Shown in pieces: positions 27,949 through 38,100 of a stretch of DNA of 62,012 nucleotides. Position 1 is the first letter of the stretch. Every line of letters begins with the position of its first letter. The notes beneath the pieces were generated by a model. It ran no database searches. It was not told where the DNA came from and was given only the letters and a program-made list of their open reading frames with translations. A program made the position numbers and the translations under genes. Origin of the DNA: an uncultured virus (IMG/VR IMGVR_UViG_3300042894_008159) (Duplodnaviria > Heunggongvirae > Uroviricota > Caudoviricetes); the IMG/VR virus record IMGVR_UViG_3300042894_008159, positions 62,001 through 124,012 of that record; one strand, written 5' to 3'.

Positions 27949-27971
27949 TAGTGTGTTTAACTTAGAAAATG

Positions 27972-28496
27972 TTAGGCAAGCTCCAAACCTTGTTGGGCTG
28001 CTGCCAATTCTTTTTCTAGCTCCCCAATTTTAGCCGAGTCTTGTTTTGCCATTTCTAATGCTAAGCCAAAAGGCTTCAAGATAGAAATAAATTTTTTAGC
28101 TTCCTTCAATCCTTTACCTGATGTCTTAGAAAGAAAATAATGACTAGCTTCCAGGGGAAGAGCCTGCATAAAAATGGTATTTTGTTTGATACCATCTTTT
28201 TTGATTGTATCAATAATTCTACAGATTTCAATAACTCCCAAAGCTTCTTTTTCTCTCCATTCAGCTTCGTTTTCTACGAAATTGAAGAAGTTTTCAACGT
28301 CTTCTTTCTTTTCGAATTTGACTGCATATACTTTTTGACCCAAGCTTTCTTTAGCTTCTTGTAGTCTTTTTTCACACGCTTGGATTCTGTCTTGATCCAG
28401 ATGATCTACAATTTGATCTATTTCATCCCCTTTTACTTCTTCGATAATAAGAGGTGATTTAGAAGAGGTTTTTTTTCCCGTTGTTGTTTTTGCCAT
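27972..28496 (-). CDS. Hypothetical helical protein, monocistronic
   Basis: 174 aa with its own GAAAC-type promoter and terminator. Confidence 0.7.
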   Translation of the reverse strand: MAKTTTGKKTSSKSPLIIEEVKGDEIDQIVDHLDQDRIQACEKRLQEAKESLGQKVYAVKFEKKEDVENFFNFVENEAEWREKEALGVIEICRIIDTIKKDGIKQNTIFMQALPLEASHYFLSKTSGKGLKEAKKFISILKPFGLALEMAKQDSAKIGELEKELAAAQQGLELA

Positions 28497-28543
28497 GATT
28501 TTTTTAATATTTTTACAGAGAATAAAATTTTTGTTTCAAAAAT

Positions 28544-29344
28544 TTAGACTTTAAAAACATCAAAATCTTCGCGATTTTGTTGTAGATAAATTTTTAGTCT
28601 TTCTCTTAGGTCTTTTACTGGGTAAATTTTGGATGTTCCTTCTGGTCCTAGGTGAACCAAAAAACCACCATGTGTATCTATTCCCAGTTCTTCCTCTAAA
28701 ATCAAACGATATAAACTGATTTGAATTGAATATTCGTTGTGCGAGTTTTCATAGAGATCGGCAAAAGGATGAAGTAATTTCTTATATCTGCCTTTAGGAT
28801 GGCCGTCGTCTTTAAAATCTTTATTGGTTTTCCAGTCACCAACAAGAAAAAGGATTTTACTTTGTTTTTCGTCCCACATCAAAAATGGTTGGTCAATAGT
28901 TCCAGCTAATTTCCATTTTTTAGAAAAAATCTTTAACTCTGATTTTAGTGGCTTTAATTTTTTCAAACGGGATTCGTATAAATTCAAGAAAGAATTTACC
29001 CTTTGGATGTCTTCCTCTTTCTCTGGCATCTCTGGATTTTCTCCAGACCAAAAGTCCTCTATCCATTTATGAACACGTGTCCCTAATGAAGCAGCGGTAA
29101 CAGCTTTCTGGGTCCAATCGTTTTCTATCACAGAAGGGTCTACTCCCGCCTCTGCAGCTTTTCTTTTGATCCAATAATTTCGATCAAAAGGAATTTTAAA
29201 TTTCCGAAGGAAGGTTGTAACCGAATCGTATGTTATCCCCTGGTAAGAATAAGAATGACTATTTTCTTCGAAAATAAAATATGGATCTTTAAAAAAATCC
29301 AATTTTTTTTGGTAATCAGCTATTACTTCATCCCAATTTACCAC
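28544..29344 (-). CDS. PD-(D/E)XK exonuclease (RecB/Cas4-like fold)
   Basis: SVTT, GTRVH..IE, LAGTID, DWKT, Y..Q..LY; probable GTG start at 29344 overlapping the upstream stop. Confidence 0.85.
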   Translation of the reverse strand: MVNWDEVIADYQKKLDFFKDPYFIFEENSHSYSYQGITYDSVTTFLRKFKIPFDRNYWIKRKAAEAGVDPSVIENDWTQKAVTAASLGTRVHKWIEDFWSGENPEMPEKEEDIQRVNSFLNLYESRLKKLKPLKSELKIFSKKWKLAGTIDQPFLMWDEKQSKILFLVGDWKTNKDFKDDGHPKGRYKKLLHPFADLYENSHNEYSIQISLYRLILEEELGIDTHGGFLVHLGPEGTSKIYPVKDLRERLKIYLQQNREDFDVFKV

Positions 29345-29820
29345 GATATAAACGAATTTATGAATTGCATAATCTGTTCCCAATACCTAACAACATAACT
29401 AAGAGCTACCATTTCTAAACAGAATCTGAGCAACCAAATCCAACTTAATTCCCGATAGACAAAATAATAAACAACTAAAAATGAATCACCCCTAGTTTCT
29501 TTTAGTGGTTTGAGAAAAGGTGCGATCAATTCGTGCAAATTCAAACGGGTTAGATATTCGTTGATGGGCCTGATTTCTTCAAAGACAAAAGCTGGTCTTG
29601 CATCATCAGGAAAATCCCTAGATTGTGTAACTTCAGGAGGAAGATTCACGACGGTATAAATTCTACCGAACCAATCTTTTCTTAATCTTAATTTGCTCCA
29701 TTGAGGAGAACTTAGTGATTCTTTTTTTATAACTGTAAGGTAGTCTGAATATAATTTCAAGTCCTTTAGGACACCCCATAATCTAAGGGTAACTATTATT
29801 CTGCCTAGAAAGTCAATCAT
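29338..29820 (-). CDS. Hypothetical protein with C-terminal hydrophobic helix
   Basis: 160 aa; ATGA overlap with the sigma gene; LSWIWLLRFCLEMVALSYVV. Confidence 0.65.
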   Translation of the reverse strand: MIDFLGRIIVTLRLWGVLKDLKLYSDYLTVIKKESLSSPQWSKLRLRKDWFGRIYTVVNLPPEVTQSRDFPDDARPAFVFEEIRPINEYLTRLNLHELIAPFLKPLKETRGDSFLVVYYFVYRELSWIWLLRFCLEMVALSYVVRYWEQIMQFINSFISW

Positions 29821-30434
29821 TTCTTAGAATTTTTTTTTGTCAAGGTCTCAATTTTCTTTCGAATTTTTGTTCTGGCCCTTCTGATTCTCGTAGCAATAGA
29901 TCTCTTCTTAATTCCATACTTGTCGGCTATGTCTTTGTACTTCATACCATAGATCTCTCGGTCAATCATGATGTCTCGATAAAGTTCAGGAAGGTCCCTA
30001 ATTTCATCTACAACCTGCTCATAAACTTCATCAATATCTGATCCACCTGCTAAAAAACTCCAAATGGGATCTTCTTCCACCGAATAAACCACAGAGTCTG
30101 AATCCATTTTAGTTGAATCTAATTCGATTTCTTCTGTGGTTTTTGTTATAAGTCTTTTCCTACTTTTTTGTAAAAGCAAAGATTCATTTTTAGCTATGTT
30201 GTAGCACCAGGTGGAAAAATTTCCTTTTTCTGAATCATATTGGTCTATTTTTTGCCAGACCTTGGCCATGGAATTTAAAAAAGCATCCTCTGCTAATTCC
30301 ATGTCGTTGAGGATAGTGAAACAGTGGTTTAAGACTCCGGGTTTAAGCCTTTCAAATAAAAATTTAAAAGACGTGTCATCTTTACCATGTATAAAATTTT
30401 CTGCTAATACTTGAATGTTTTTCTCCTTTGCCAT
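29817..30434 (-). CDS. RNA polymerase sigma-70 family factor, ECF-like
   Basis: Region 2 AED......KVW.KI..YD..KG.FSTW.Y.IA.N; region 4 LP..YR.......GM.Y..IA...G.....I.TRI.RAR. Confidence 0.92.
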   Translation of the reverse strand: MAKEKNIQVLAENFIHGKDDTSFKFLFERLKPGVLNHCFTILNDMELAEDAFLNSMAKVWQKIDQYDSEKGNFSTWCYNIAKNESLLLQKSRKRLITKTTEEIELDSTKMDSDSVVYSVEEDPIWSFLAGGSDIDEVYEQVVDEIRDLPELYRDIMIDREIYGMKYKDIADKYGIKKRSIATRIRRARTKIRKKIETLTKKNSKK

Positions 30435-30445
30435 TTTTTAATTCT

Positions 30446-31024
30446 CTAGATTTTTTTTCCCAATTTTATAATTTCAATACCTGCCTCTAATAAGAAAGAC
30501 AGAGGCTCTGGTTTTCTATAGACCTTGCCAAAAACTATTCTTTTAATCCCTGACTGAATAATCAACTTAGAACATTCAAAACAAGGAGAAACTGTTACAT
30601 ACATAGTTGATCCCTCGGAACTTTGTGTACTCTTGGCAAGTTTGGTGATTGCATTTGCTTCGGCATGTAGAACATAGTTTAAAGTGACAAAATCCTCATC
30701 TTCACATTCATTAGGAAATCCAGTAGGTGAACCATTATATCCATCGGCTATTATGGATTTATCTTTGACAATCAGGCTTCCTACCTTCATTCTTCTGCAA
30801 TATGAATTTTGTGCCCAGATTTCAGCCATAGACAAATAGACTGGGTCAGTTTTAATATCTTTTGGCTTATAAAAGGTTTCGTCTTTTAAATTTTCAATTT
30901 CACTGAAAACAAAAACATTTTCTGATTTAGGATTTGCCACCCATGAAAATTCTTCATATATAGTCAAATCTTTGAAGAAATCGGATGTAGGTACTTCTTT
31001 GAATTTAAATTTCTGTGTGCTCAT
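30446..31024 (-). CDS. dCMP deaminase
   Basis: S.C.R.KVG, GYNG.P, HAEANAI, SPC..C.K.I.Q.GI. Confidence 0.93.
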   Translation of the reverse strand: MSTQKFKFKEVPTSDFFKDLTIYEEFSWVANPKSENVFVFSEIENLKDETFYKPKDIKTDPVYLSMAEIWAQNSYCRRMKVGSLIVKDKSIIADGYNGSPTGFPNECEDEDFVTLNYVLHAEANAITKLAKSTQSSEGSTMYVTVSPCFECSKLIIQSGIKRIVFGKVYRKPEPLSFLLEAGIEIIKLGKKI

Positions 31025-31046
31025 AAGGAAACTGGTTTGAAGAGTT

Positions 31047-31054
31047 CAAATATA
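31047..31054 (-). promoter_or_regulatory. Bacteroidota-type housekeeping -7 promoter element TATATTTG
   Basis: Exact TAnnTTTG match about 23 nt upstream of the dCMP deaminase-sigma operon; the -33 position is a T-run, not a perfect TTTG. Confidence 0.55.
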
Positions 31055-31095
31055 CCCTTTAATGATGTTGGAAAAAAATTAAAAAGGAATTTTTT

Positions 31096-32574
31096 TTAAA
31101 TAACATTTGAACCGGGCCTAAATGGCATATCATTGGCAATTCGAAGTGGTCCAGATAAAGATTTATAAATTCCTGCAAGAAGTCCTTTGATTTCTTTAAT
31201 GTCTTTAGAACTTATTGTTTCGTCTTTTTTGGATTCCTTAGAATTTTCCATTGGTTTTTTTTCAGCCGATTTATATTCAATTTCCCCCTTAGCCGGAATT
31301 GATTGGCTTTGCATTTGTGATATAGGTTCGTCGGATGTAGATGTTGTTTTTTTAAACCCAGGCTTATTTAGAACAGGTGTTTCTTTTTTAACCTGTGAAG
31401 CTTTCATGTCAGAAGCCAATTTTTGCATTTCATTCGATAAAGATCCCATTGTTTGAATTTCATCTGGTGATACTTTTCCGCTTAAAGTTTGTTTGACACC
31501 CTGTTTGAAATTATCCACTTTTGAGCTTATTCCTTCCTTCAGTTTAGAACCAATGTCTTTACCTTTAGACTTCAGAGATTCTAAAAGTTTAGGCTTGGTT
31601 GGAGAAATAACAGAGGATTCTTTTTTTTCCTTTTCGTTTTTGCTTTCTCCCTCTTTTTTTCTTTTCCCTTTCTTAGAGGGTTCTTCAATCGGATCTGTTT
31701 TGGACAAAAGCTGTACTTTATCCTGGAGTGCCTCAGTAGAAGCAATCCTTTTTGCAACTTCTTCTTTTGTTATTTCTTTCCGATAATTTTTTATAAAATT
31801 ATCGAGATCCTCCTGAAGATCTTCCGGGTATTTCGCATAGTAATCCGGGTCTCCATCTAAAAGACTTTTTCTTTTTTTCTCAATCGCGGATTTTGGGACT
31901 TCGACACCAAATGAATTCTTTACAGATTCTGCAAGTTTTGGCGTTCCTGTAACTATTTCAGAAGCTCCGGAGGTTTGGTTTAGTGATCGGGTTTCCAATG
32001 CTGCCTGACGTTCCTTGCTCTTTTTCATGCCTTCCAATTCCATTTGAAATATTCCTTCATCATTGGAAATGACTTTTTGATTTTTCTTAAGTTGAACTAG
32101 TTCCGGTCCTTTTTCACCGACGAGCGCTACCCCTTCTTTTTTCACATCTCCGCCCTCTGCAAATTTTGGAATTTTTGAGAATATAGACTTTGCAATTGAC
32201 TCTAAAGTTTGGCCAGCTGGTTTTTCCGTGGTATTTTCTTTAGTTTCTTTCGTTTTGAACGAATTTTTAGCGATTCCGCTAAGGTCTCCAGTAATTTGTT
32301 TTGTAAGATTTTGGGTTAGACCTTTAGTGTTTTCTAATATCTCTTTGGCAAAAGATTGGGTTAGATTTTTGAAAAATTTCTCATTTTGAACTGACTGTGT
32401 TTCTTGAGGTGTGTCTGCTGGAGTTGGTTTTTTATCTTTCTCTCCTGTTATCTTTTTAAGTTGCTCTGTATTTTCGGCAGTTTTCTTGTTTTGCTCTCTG
32501 AGCTCTCGTACAAGTAAATCCATGTTGGTAGACAACATGGAAAGTTCTTTAAGTACTTGAGATTCTTGAGACAT
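31096..32574 (-). CDS. Short tape-measure-related / baseplate-hub protein
   Basis: IPKFAEGG.V...ALVGEKGPELV motif typical of tape-measure C-termini; follows the tube and chaperone genes. Confidence 0.5.
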   Translation of the reverse strand: MSQESQVLKELSMLSTNMDLLVRELREQNKKTAENTEQLKKITGEKDKKPTPADTPQETQSVQNEKFFKNLTQSFAKEILENTKGLTQNLTKQITGDLSGIAKNSFKTKETKENTTEKPAGQTLESIAKSIFSKIPKFAEGGDVKKEGVALVGEKGPELVQLKKNQKVISNDEGIFQMELEGMKKSKERQAALETRSLNQTSGASEIVTGTPKLAESVKNSFGVEVPKSAIEKKRKSLLDGDPDYYAKYPEDLQEDLDNFIKNYRKEITKEEVAKRIASTEALQDKVQLLSKTDPIEEPSKKGKRKKEGESKNEKEKKESSVISPTKPKLLESLKSKGKDIGSKLKEGISSKVDNFKQGVKQTLSGKVSPDEIQTMGSLSNEMQKLASDMKASQVKKETPVLNKPGFKKTTSTSDEPISQMQSQSIPAKGEIEYKSAEKKPMENSKESKKDETISSKDIKEIKGLLAGIYKSLSGPLRIANDMPFRPGSNVI

Positions 32575-32606
32575 CCTTTATATATTCTAATTTAATTGGC
32601 CAGAAA

Positions 32607-32813
32607 TTATTTCGAGAAATTAAAGACTTCTGATTGGCCTGACTCTTCCTGATTTTCTTTATTTTGTTTTTCTACCACCTTGTTGAGCTTATCTAGCCAA
32701 ATTTGGTACTCGTAATATGGAATTTTTTCTATCCACTCAGGATCTAATTTGTGTTCGTTCCAAAGACGGAATTTCAAATCAAAGTAGTTCTCCAAAGATA
32801 TCTGAAATAAGGA
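32607..32813 (-). CDS. Tail-assembly chaperone second ORF (gp51-like); probably reached by frameshift or from a TTG start
   Basis: SLENYF.....L..EHK.....IE.IP.YEY.I.L..L matches the small ORF that follows gp26-like genes; overlaps the upstream gene end; no ATG. Confidence 0.65.
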   Translation of the reverse strand, partial: SLFQISLENYFDLKFRLWNEHKLDPEWIEKIPYYEYQIWLDKLNKVVEKQNKENQEESGQSEVFNFSK

Positions 32814-33873
32814 AAAGAGATCTGATCCCGTCGGGAAAGGAAATTGGTGCGGTGACCTCCTGAGCACCGCATTTAGAACAAGGTAAATTAACCTCCAATT
32901 TTGTTCCTATCTTCAACAAGTCTGTTACCTGAAATAAAATAGAAAATTCCTCCTTGGACCAGTTGTTTGACGTTTCTTCAAGCTCAGCCAATTTATTTTC
33001 ATTCAAACTCCTCCAATCTTCGTATAGATGCGGAGCTATTTTAATAAAACTTTCATCAACATCCTTTCCTTGCCTAATTCTATTTCGAACATAAGTAGAA
33101 ATTGCATCGATTACTCCAATAGATGGAACCGTCAATTTTACAGTTCGAGATAACTTTGTGATATTTAAAACGAATTTTCGCTCGGATTTAGAATAGTAGG
33201 ACATTAATTTCTCATCAATGACGTATTTGGACAAAACCCCAGTTCTTAACTCAATACCATTTTGGAATGGACAATCCCCAGTTTGGCATGTAGTTTTAGG
33301 TTTGAGAATAATCATATTTTCACCTCTGACGAATGTCAAATCCCTTATGGTCATGATAATAAAAAACCGATCCTCCTGTTTGATTTCTTTGTAGGATACA
33401 ACTCCATGCTGTGGAAACTTTATCACACAACATCTTTCTAAAATCAAATTTAATTTGGCATCTATGTCCAACATATCTGTTTCGTCGATGGTGGAAAAGT
33501 GTCTAATTTCTTTTACCTCTGCGGGTCGTATAGCAATTTGAACACCATCAGGGTAAAACAAGCCACCGGAAGGAAGAAGTGAAGGCGGTAAATTTTTCCA
33601 CCCCAAGTCAGAGGGGCCAAAATCTTTTGGTTGAGAATTTTCAAAGCTTGTTGTAGGGGCAGGCTCGGATTTAATTTGTTGAGCCAGTCTTGTCTCTGAT
33701 AAAACCGGTGTTTTTTCTTGTGCCTGTTGGAATAAAGCATTGGCTTCTTTCTCAGCCCTCACCTCTAAAGGATTTATTGGGTTTAGTACGGATATGTCAT
33801 CATCAAAAGAAATCCCACCAAGTTTTTCTTTTTCTTGTAAAATTTTTTCGGGTGATAAATTTTTTGGGTCCAT
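32779..33873 (-). CDS. Tail-assembly chaperone / baseplate hub protein (gp26-like)
   Basis: LPS.G..Y, IRP..VKE, D..F....IR..T, CxxC near the C-terminus; directly after the tube genes. Confidence 0.75.
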   Translation of the reverse strand: MDPKNLSPEKILQEKEKLGGISFDDDISVLNPINPLEVRAEKEANALFQQAQEKTPVLSETRLAQQIKSEPAPTTSFENSQPKDFGPSDLGWKNLPPSLLPSGGLFYPDGVQIAIRPAEVKEIRHFSTIDETDMLDIDAKLNLILERCCVIKFPQHGVVSYKEIKQEDRFFIIMTIRDLTFVRGENMIILKPKTTCQTGDCPFQNGIELRTGVLSKYVIDEKLMSYYSKSERKFVLNITKLSRTVKLTVPSIGVIDAISTYVRNRIRQGKDVDESFIKIAPHLYEDWRSLNENKLAELEETSNNWSKEEFSILFQVTDLLKIGTKLEVNLPCSKCGAQEVTAPISFPDGIRSLFLISDIFGELL

Positions 33874-33939
33874 ATAAATTAAATTAGGTCACATATAAAT
33901 GTGTTCCTTATATATGTATGACAGAAAAAAAAGTAAAAA

Positions 33940-34521
33940 TTATAGGAATTGATCCTGCCAGTAATCAGATTTCCACGTGGTATCAAGTATGTAAAGGGCA
34001 TCCCCTGAATCATAACTCAATGCCATAGTTGTTAGTGGTTCAACCAAAAAACAATTGTTCAAAGTTAATCTTCTGAATACATCTCCTTGTTTGTTGAAAA
34101 TTGAAACAACAATTTGACCAGTATAGTCTCTCTTTAATCCCATGGCACCGGTTAAAGGATTGTAAATCAAATCTGACCATTGTCTCATAATTTTAAATAT
34201 GGTCATGGAATTGTTTTCGTTCAAATTCACCTCGAAAGCAATTGAAAATTGAACGTCTGAAGTGGAAGGTTCGCCGCCTGCATATCTTCTTTCTGCAAAT
34301 TTATAATACTGAGTTACTGGAGCTGCAGGTTGGATGTCAACTGCCAGAGATCCAGTTACGCTTTTGACCTGTTGTGTCATAATAGATTCTCCATTGAACC
34401 TGACATTACCCAGAGTCACTCCTGCAGGAGGGGTAACCAGAACTTCGAATTGATTAAGGAAAACAGGCTCGAAATTATTTCGAGCTGCTAGAGAATTATT
34501 AAAATGAGGTAAACCTGCCAT
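33940..34521 (-). CDS. Tail tube protein (gp19-like), paralog 2
   Basis: EPV.LNQFEV, R.YAGG, RQW.DLIYNPLTG.MG.K.DY.G, W..DYW; downstream of the sheath. Confidence 0.8.
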   Translation of the reverse strand: MAGLPHFNNSLAARNNFEPVFLNQFEVLVTPPAGVTLGNVRFNGESIMTQQVKSVTGSLAVDIQPAAPVTQYYKFAERRYAGGEPSTSDVQFSIAFEVNLNENNSMTIFKIMRQWSDLIYNPLTGAMGLKRDYTGQIVVSIFNKQGDVFRRLTLNNCFLVEPLTTMALSYDSGDALYILDTTWKSDYWQDQFL

Positions 34522-34537
34522 CTAGTTTTTTTAATTT

Positions 34538-35092
34538 TTAGGTGAAAAGATCATCCCAATAATCAACCGCCCATGTCATGGTGATTTCATACAGGGTAGT
34601 TCCGTTGATATAATCTAACTCCATCGGGTCAATAGCTTTCATAGGAAAACAGTCGCGACACGTAATTCTCCTGAAAACGTCTCCGTTTTTATTGAAAATA
34701 GAAATAATGATCGTGCCAGTATAATCCGTTTTAATTCCCATAGCTCCAGTCAATGGATTGTAAATTAAATCAGTCCATTGTCTAAGAGTTTTAAACGTGT
34801 ACATAGAATTGTCGTCATTTAAATTCACAGTAAATTTCACGCTCAAATCCAAACTTGTTTTATCTGGCTTACCACCCGCATAGTTTCTTTTGGAAAACTT
34901 GTATTTCTGAAACACAAAAGATGGATTTTTATCAACGTCCATGCCGTTGACGTTTACGACCTGTTGTAACAAAATTTGACCACCCAGAACAGCTGCTGGG
35001 GGAATCACAGTTACCTCAAATTGGTTGAGATAAACTGGCTCGTATTTGTTGATCGAATACAATGAATTTTGGTAGTGTGGTAAACCGGCCAT
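34538..35092 (-). CDS. Tail tube protein (gp19-like), paralog 1
   Basis: Same motifs; immediately after the sheath, with GATAAATA at 35111. Confidence 0.82.
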   Translation of the reverse strand: MAGLPHYQNSLYSINKYEPVYLNQFEVTVIPPAAVLGGQILLQQVVNVNGMDVDKNPSFVFQKYKFSKRNYAGGKPDKTSLDLSVKFTVNLNDDNSMYTFKTLRQWTDLIYNPLTGAMGIKTDYTGTIIISIFNKNGDVFRRITCRDCFPMKAIDPMELDYINGTTLYEITMTWAVDYWDDLFT

Positions 35093-35144
35093 TAATTGTT
35101 TTTCTTTTTTTATTTATCTCATCTTTTGAAATTCACACAATATG

Positions 35145-38100
35145 TTATACAAAGTTGATGAAACCACCGGATGCAATTCCACCGGTTCGAGTTACTGTGA
35201 TTCTGTTGATGAATTTCTGGATTCCTCGAGCTGGCTCAATAATCACATCAATAATACCCATGTTCATGTCGATAACAGAAGGAGGATTATTAGATGCATC
35301 CATGATTACCTGGTAAGCATAAATACCACCCCCGGCTCGAACCCCGTCCAAATAGGTATCAACCAAAGTTTTAATTTCAAGACGGATTGAATCCTCGTTG
35401 AAATCGAACAGATAGTTGGATAGAATTTCTTCAACGTCGTTCTCAAGACTAATTAACAAATCTCTGACGTGGAGTAAACCAAAGGCAGAACTAACAGTTT
35501 GATACGCTGTTTGATTACCGAAAATAACGACTCCGAAACCTCTTTTCTTTATGATCGGATTCAATCCGAAAGGTTCCAACCATCCACGATCTTCATCTGT
35601 AAAGTCATATTCTACTCCTACAATGTTACCTCCAGAGATCGTACCTCTTTTTTGACCTGCGATAATGTTGTAAGGTTCTCCATTTGCGAATTTTCTTACA
35701 AAATTGTTGGAGACATAAGCAGCTGGTGGAACATTTGTGTTTCTATTATTTTCTCTGATGGTTATATATGGTGTGAAATAACCAGCAAATGAAGCCCCTA
35801 GATCTTGGGTTGGAAGACTAAATGTATAAGAAGGGTTCAGAGATAGGTTTCCACCTTCAGCAATATATTGAGCTTCTAGTGGAGGAAATGGATCTACTGC
35901 TGTTGGAGCGTTAGTAAATCTTGGGTCTGTGCTAGCTCTAAACTGTGCCATAGAAGGAGCATTAATGAATGCCAAAGCCTTTTGCCTCATCATAGCCAAC
36001 TTAGAAAGTTGGTACTTCGAATTCGGTTGAATTGTTCCACTGAAAGTATCTACGATATAACGGAAGGAAATAACGTCTTTGGTTGCCAAAGTTGCAGCCA
36101 GATTTGTATCATAAAGAACGTTCAAAATCTCATCAACTCTCGCATCAGTTCCATTAGGTCTTTGAGCATCCCTCATGGTGTAACCACTCAAATAAATGAA
36201 ATCGAAAGATCTAGTAAATTGGGGTATTGACTTGAACTTCTGAACCTGTACTGGAGATCCAGAATAAAATAAGATGGGTCTAGCACAGACAACTCTAACA
36301 ACTCCTGAAGTAGTGGTTTGTGCTACGGCGGTTACTTTAGTCAACCTCGATTGTCTGTTAGCTCCTACCGTTTCACACAATTCTAAGTCAGTAGAAACCA
36401 AATAGTCTCCAACTGAAATTATTTTATTGTTAATCTGATCCGGAACGAACGTAAAGCTTGTAGTATCTATTTTGGTTAATACATCTAGGAATTGATTGAT
36501 AGATGCTACACTTGATACTATGTCGGTTTGAGAAGAACCAACAGTAAATCCAATATTATCTGAAGCATATACAGTTCCAAAATTGGGGTAATTAACAAGA
36601 TTGTCTGGACTCTGTCTGGCAATATTATTGAAAGATCTAACATAAGAGACATTGAATTGATCTCTGTCAACTGTTGTTTGAGTATCTAGATAAAGGATGT
36701 TCGTTCCTGCTGCGTCTAGCCAAACAGTATCACCATCTTCGATCTGATCTGCTTGTGAACCTGTTGGGCCTCCTATTTCAGAGTACAAAATGTTTTGATA
36801 CAATCTAGTTGAGATTTGTCCGGTTAAAGCGTTTGAAGCTGTACCTCCTGTGATAGAAGCAACATTTACGATGTCAAGATAATCAGATGCACCAAACTGT
36901 TGATAAAATTCAGAAACTATTCCAGAGGTTGTTCCCATTGTAAAGGAAGTAGGACTCACCTGAATTCCTTGAGAAGCATAAACTGGAGTATCCAGTGGAT
37001 GTGTGAAAGTTATGGTTAAATTACCTGCAATTTCCCTGACACCTGTTATTTTAAGTTTGACCAAGTCCCCGGTTGTAAATTGATTAATAACATTTCCGGT
37101 AGCTCCTGCAGGAATTGTAACTGTGCCAAGAATAAACGGAGTGTATGAAGGAGTGGGGGTAACAAAATCTTTCAATCTTAATTTTTCTGCTGAGGTTAAA
37201 GAAGGTTCAGTTAAGATATCTGCAGAAGCTGCCGCTCCCGTTCCCCCACCCCCCGAGAAGGTTACAGTCGGAGCGGATGTATAGCCAGATCCACTAGCTG
37301 TTAAAGTAATGCTAGATACCTCGTTCCCTGATATGATCGCAATGGCAGCAGCCCCCGTTCCTACTCCCGAGAAAGAGATCGTTGGTGCACTTGTGTAACC
37401 AGTGCCGCCGTTAGTAATATAAACATTTACAACTGCACCACCAGTAACACCGGAATTGGTACGAAGATAATGAAGACCACCAAATGTTAAACTTGGGTCG
37501 TAAGGTTCTAGAGAGGATGCTGGTACTCCAGCAGTAGGTCCAGTTGGTCCACCTAGGTTAAATAATGTTCCAACGTTCAATGGAATGTAGGCAACACCTG
37601 CTGTTCCTCCAGTAACTCCTCCACCAGTTATTCCGATTGAATTTTGGGTGTAAAGATAATCTTGAATCAACTGTTGGTCATAACTCAAAAAATTCAAGGT
37701 AGGATCCTGAAGGTCTCTATCTCCAGTGAGTTCGTCAATCAAGAAGTTACCAACCAAATCTACTTTGAACCTATTTTGACAAAGGTACTCCAAACCCTCG
37801 GCATCAACGGCACAAAATAGTCCAGTAGAAGGGGTGTTGTTATTAACTAGTGTTTGGATGAATTGATTGTTACCATTAAGATCTACAAAATCAACAATCA
37901 GACATCCTGTTACCTGGGTAATAATGTTGACATTTTGTTGACTAAGAAAATTGTTGATTTGACTTTTTATAAAACCATTGGGTGTAAAAAAGGCAGACCA
38001 TTCTGGATCTTCAGACAAGGCCTGATAATTTGTCCAATCCCCAGAGACAGCTATAACATCAATAAACCAATCGGAAATATAATCATAAGGATGTACGTAA

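Noticed and set aside
27817..27971. Intergenic gap as a tRNA or ncRNA
   Set aside because: Explained by a terminator and a late promoter; no cloverleaf or T-loop recognised. A covariance search was not possible.
28544..29344. Cas4-like nuclease as evidence of a CRISPR-Cas system
   Set aside because: No array or other cas genes, and no Fe-S cysteines; such stand-alone nucleases are common in phages.
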